Positions 61,801 to 64,000 of a stretch of DNA of 64,000 nucleotides are shown one piece after another. Positions within the stretch are counted from its first letter, which is position 1. Each line of letters starts with the position of its first letter. The translations under genes and the position numbers were made by a program. The stretch comes from Klebsormidium nitens (taxonomy: Eukaryota; Plantae; Klebsormidiophyceae): assembly GCA_000708835.1 (NCBI GenBank), contig DF237059.1, forward strand, positions 130,944 to 194,943. Direction: 5' to 3'. The notes under the pieces were generated by a model. The model ran no database searches. It had not been told where the DNA came from and saw nothing but the letters and a program-made list of their open reading frames with translations.

Positions 61801-62484
61801 ACTCAGCTGCCTTTCAAGCACTTGACTAACGTCCTGTGCCTCGCTCTTACTGGCTACCGCCTCTTCTGTCAGCATCAGATCTGCCACAGCCTTCTTCCTT
61901 GAGCTCAAGGGTGATCTGCAGCCCTTCTTGCTACTTGTAGCTGACCTTTCTCCCAATATCACCATGCCCGCAACAGCATTGGCAACCTGACGGCCGTTCC
62001 TGATGTTGAATGGGAAGGGCGCCAAAAAAGGGCTTCCGACGTCTGTGGTAACCCCGCACCCTGATTTGACATATTTTAGGGTTTCGCTCTCTTCTTCCGA
62101 AAATTCTTGCCCTGGCAAACGGGTCTCTGGGCTCCTGGACCCAGCAGAACGAGAGCTGAGAAGTGCGCTTCCGTGTTGCCTAAGTACGCCCTTGATCCGT
62201 TGATGATTGATGCGCAGGCCATCATTCTTGCTGCCTGACAAGGAAGGACCAAAACCAGCATTGGCAAGATCAGCACAGTGGCCGTCAGTGATTTGCATCA
62301 GCGGACTGCGGTTCCAAGAGGTCCCAGTATAGGTCAGGGCCTTAAGGGCCTTGGCCCTACCCTTGATAATGGAACTCTTACAACCGAAATGTGGAAGGTG
62401 ATGGCTCTGATCAGACACGAGGCTTGCGGACGGAAAGGGCGTACCACGATGCAAAGAGAGGTGGTGTGAGAGTATGGCGTCCAT
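52893..62484 (-). CDS. P-type pentatricopeptide repeat protein with plastid transit peptide; N-terminal repeats resemble MRL1; exons about 62484-61560, 60706-60459, 59992-59826, 59423-59050, 58410-58086, (gap)57312-57071, 56554-56402, 55663-55569, 55213-54964, 54597-54319, 53911-53817, 53352-52893
   Basis: More than 15 PPR motifs, e.g. DYTCVINACARARNVDSAIEVLEIMKERGV, LWNALLEACKESGQFQRGYELFEEMQASG, VYSALLNACAKAGKVDYAF, TFMPLIDVCGRVGKLDRALSLLAEMKNRGL, SFAALLGACAVRADSEQAFKLWRYMWENGIEP. Acidic C-terminal tail. The end of exon 1 and one acceptor (in the gap) are uncertain. Confidence 0.9.
57313..57390. other. Assembly gap (78 N) flanked on both sides by ctagaaaggcgcg
   Basis: Run of n. The identical 13-mer on both sides indicates that a local tandem repeat broke the assembly. 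Confidence 0.97.
61215..61470. repeat. Intronic tandem duplication, period about 137 bp, in PPR intron 1
   Basis: gaagaccttcgatggtagtggtggttgaacggggataagccaactc...aagccctgcttgaaaactcaagtaggtccctttgaa at 61226 recurs with substitutions at 61363. Confidence 0.85.
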
Positions 62485-63009
62485 CCTACCAAGATCAGCT
62501 CATGAATGGTGAAGGAGGAGAGCAAGAAATGGAAGCCACAGCGAGTGATCCTGCCACAGGTTTTTGGCATGCCATTTTTTGGCTAGTATTGCGCGCTATA
62601 AGTGTGCGCGAGCACAGACGTATAATTGAAAATGGCGCAGCCCGGCCGTCGAGATGGGATCAAAAGTGTCGCCTTATGACGTCGCAAACGAGGCCCGCCG
62701 AACTTAGCGCCCTGCGAATGATCAGCCGGCCCGGCCACGCGTACAATGGCATGTCTCAACGGACCCGTCAGGGTCCCGGTCTAGTTAAGGAAATTGTATC
62801 TGCGGTCGCGACTAAAAACTGTGTTGCCGCGAAAGTGATCGAGAGTACTTTGGGTGGTGGAGAGTCGTCGGACGTCAGATCTCCCTGACGGTTCTACTTG
62901 GCGGTACCGTAAGCTGCCGTATGACGTCAAAGTGACGTTGGCACAATACGCTGACAGGTATAAGTTGAATATAAGCATATATATCCATAATCCGAATATT
63001 ACCTTCGGA

Positions 63010-63200
63010 GCCCAACCCAGCCAAACCACCCTAACCCTATCCAACCAAAGCAAGCCAGCTTAACCAGCCCAGCCAGCTTAACCATCCAAGCCAACCCAAC
63101 CTAGCCAGCCTACTAGCCTATACCCGCCCGGCCAACCAAGCCAGCCTGACCAACTTAACCAGCTATGCTAACCAGCCTAACCAGCCTGACCAGCATAAAC
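63010..63200 (+). repeat. Degenerate short tandem repeat ((A/T)AACCAGCC-like), strongly C/A-skewed
   Basis: aaccagccc agccagctt aaccatcc aagccaaccc aacctagcc ... aaccagcct aaccagcct gaccagc. Confidence 0.7.
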
Positions 63201-64000
63201 AATACTAACTCGCTAGTATTAAGGAGAAACGCCAGGCGTCGAGGTAGCCCATTAGCAGAAGGATCCCATTAGGATATGGTAAATGTTTGGGCGCTTGTAT
63301 GGCTTCCTGAGCGTTCCAATTTCCGACACCCTTAAACCACCAACCCAAGTATTTAATCGGGCAAACCGGTCGGCATTTTCGCCAACGGTCACCGGAATTC
63401 AAATTTCGGTCCGAGGGCGCACGACTTTGAACATGCAAAATTGAGCTTTTATGATGTAAAACAAGAGCGTTTCTTTGTCTGTTTTCGGCGGTTTTACCTT
63501 CTACAGCCAGGATTCAGTGGTAGCAGCGAGGCCAGGTCGAAACCGCCAGTTGAAACGAGAAACAATGCTCCGTTAACATGGCTGCAGCTGGCCCGTTTGG
63601 ATTGATGCGCCCTCGCAATTTTTCAAGTTGCGAACATGACTTTTGGAACTCCTTGACAGTCAGGACTATTTATATTTCGGTTGGTGGTTTAATTGAATTT
63701 AAGTCTAGACTGCGTGCGGAGCTAGGGAGCTAAATAGGGCAATCCCTCTCGCTATTGCCTAGCGGGGGCCCCAGCCTTCCGGTTCCGAGGAGGGCGGGTG
63801 TGGACTCAGAAAAGCGTACAAAATTCCTGTGCTCCCCCTTCGCCCGGGAAGTTTTTGAGCGTCGGGCCGGCCGGACCAATCAGAGGTTATTCTTTGGATC
63901 CATCGAACGGCAGTAAGAACTTCGAAAACTTTGCTACCGGGACATCTTACGGTTGAAAGATCTTTAAAAACTTCAAGAAAACTTCAGGCGGAATCATTCC

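Noticed and set aside
63480-64000. GC-rich stems and a CCAAT box suggesting a tRNA, rRNA or snRNA gene
   Set aside because: No cloverleaf, T-loop GTTCRA context or rRNA signature was found. It looks like promoter sequence for a gene beyond the window.

Overview
Intron-rich eukaryotic nuclear DNA with plant-type genes (PPD1, plastid PPR, TPC1-type channel, EG16-type GH16, VIR3-like M41 peptidase). It is most consistent with a streptophyte green alga such as Klebsormidium (inference). I reconstructed about 15 protein-coding loci by hand using GT-AG and phase continuity. Several are largely invisible in the ORF track because their exons are short: a 7-exon EG16/XTH-ancestor-type GH16 gene at 36331-38623 (-), a CIB-like EF-hand gene at 4673-6475 (-), and a LEA-like/Gly-rich gene at 15536-17581 (+). 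Highlights: (1) a complete two-pore channel whose two selectivity-filter motifs differ from the plant consensus (TGSNN and CQASW versus TTSNN and VMGNW); (2) the EG16-like gene has an N-terminal signal-like segment and a 1-nt deletion exactly in the EIDFE catalytic motif; (3) a recurring architecture in which introns contain tandem, roughly 130-180 bp degenerate copies of their own splice junction (decoy acceptors or donors) in the F-box, TPC and PPR genes; (4) a pair of paralogous double-MYND proteins with an unrecognised N-terminal domain; (5) an intronless FUT8/NodZ-like GT23 glycosyltransferase; (6) apparent frameshifts clustered in 34.6-44.3 kb that may be pyrosequencing-type errors. One assembly gap (78 N) lies at 57313-57390. 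No rRNA, tRNA or CRISPR was seen.
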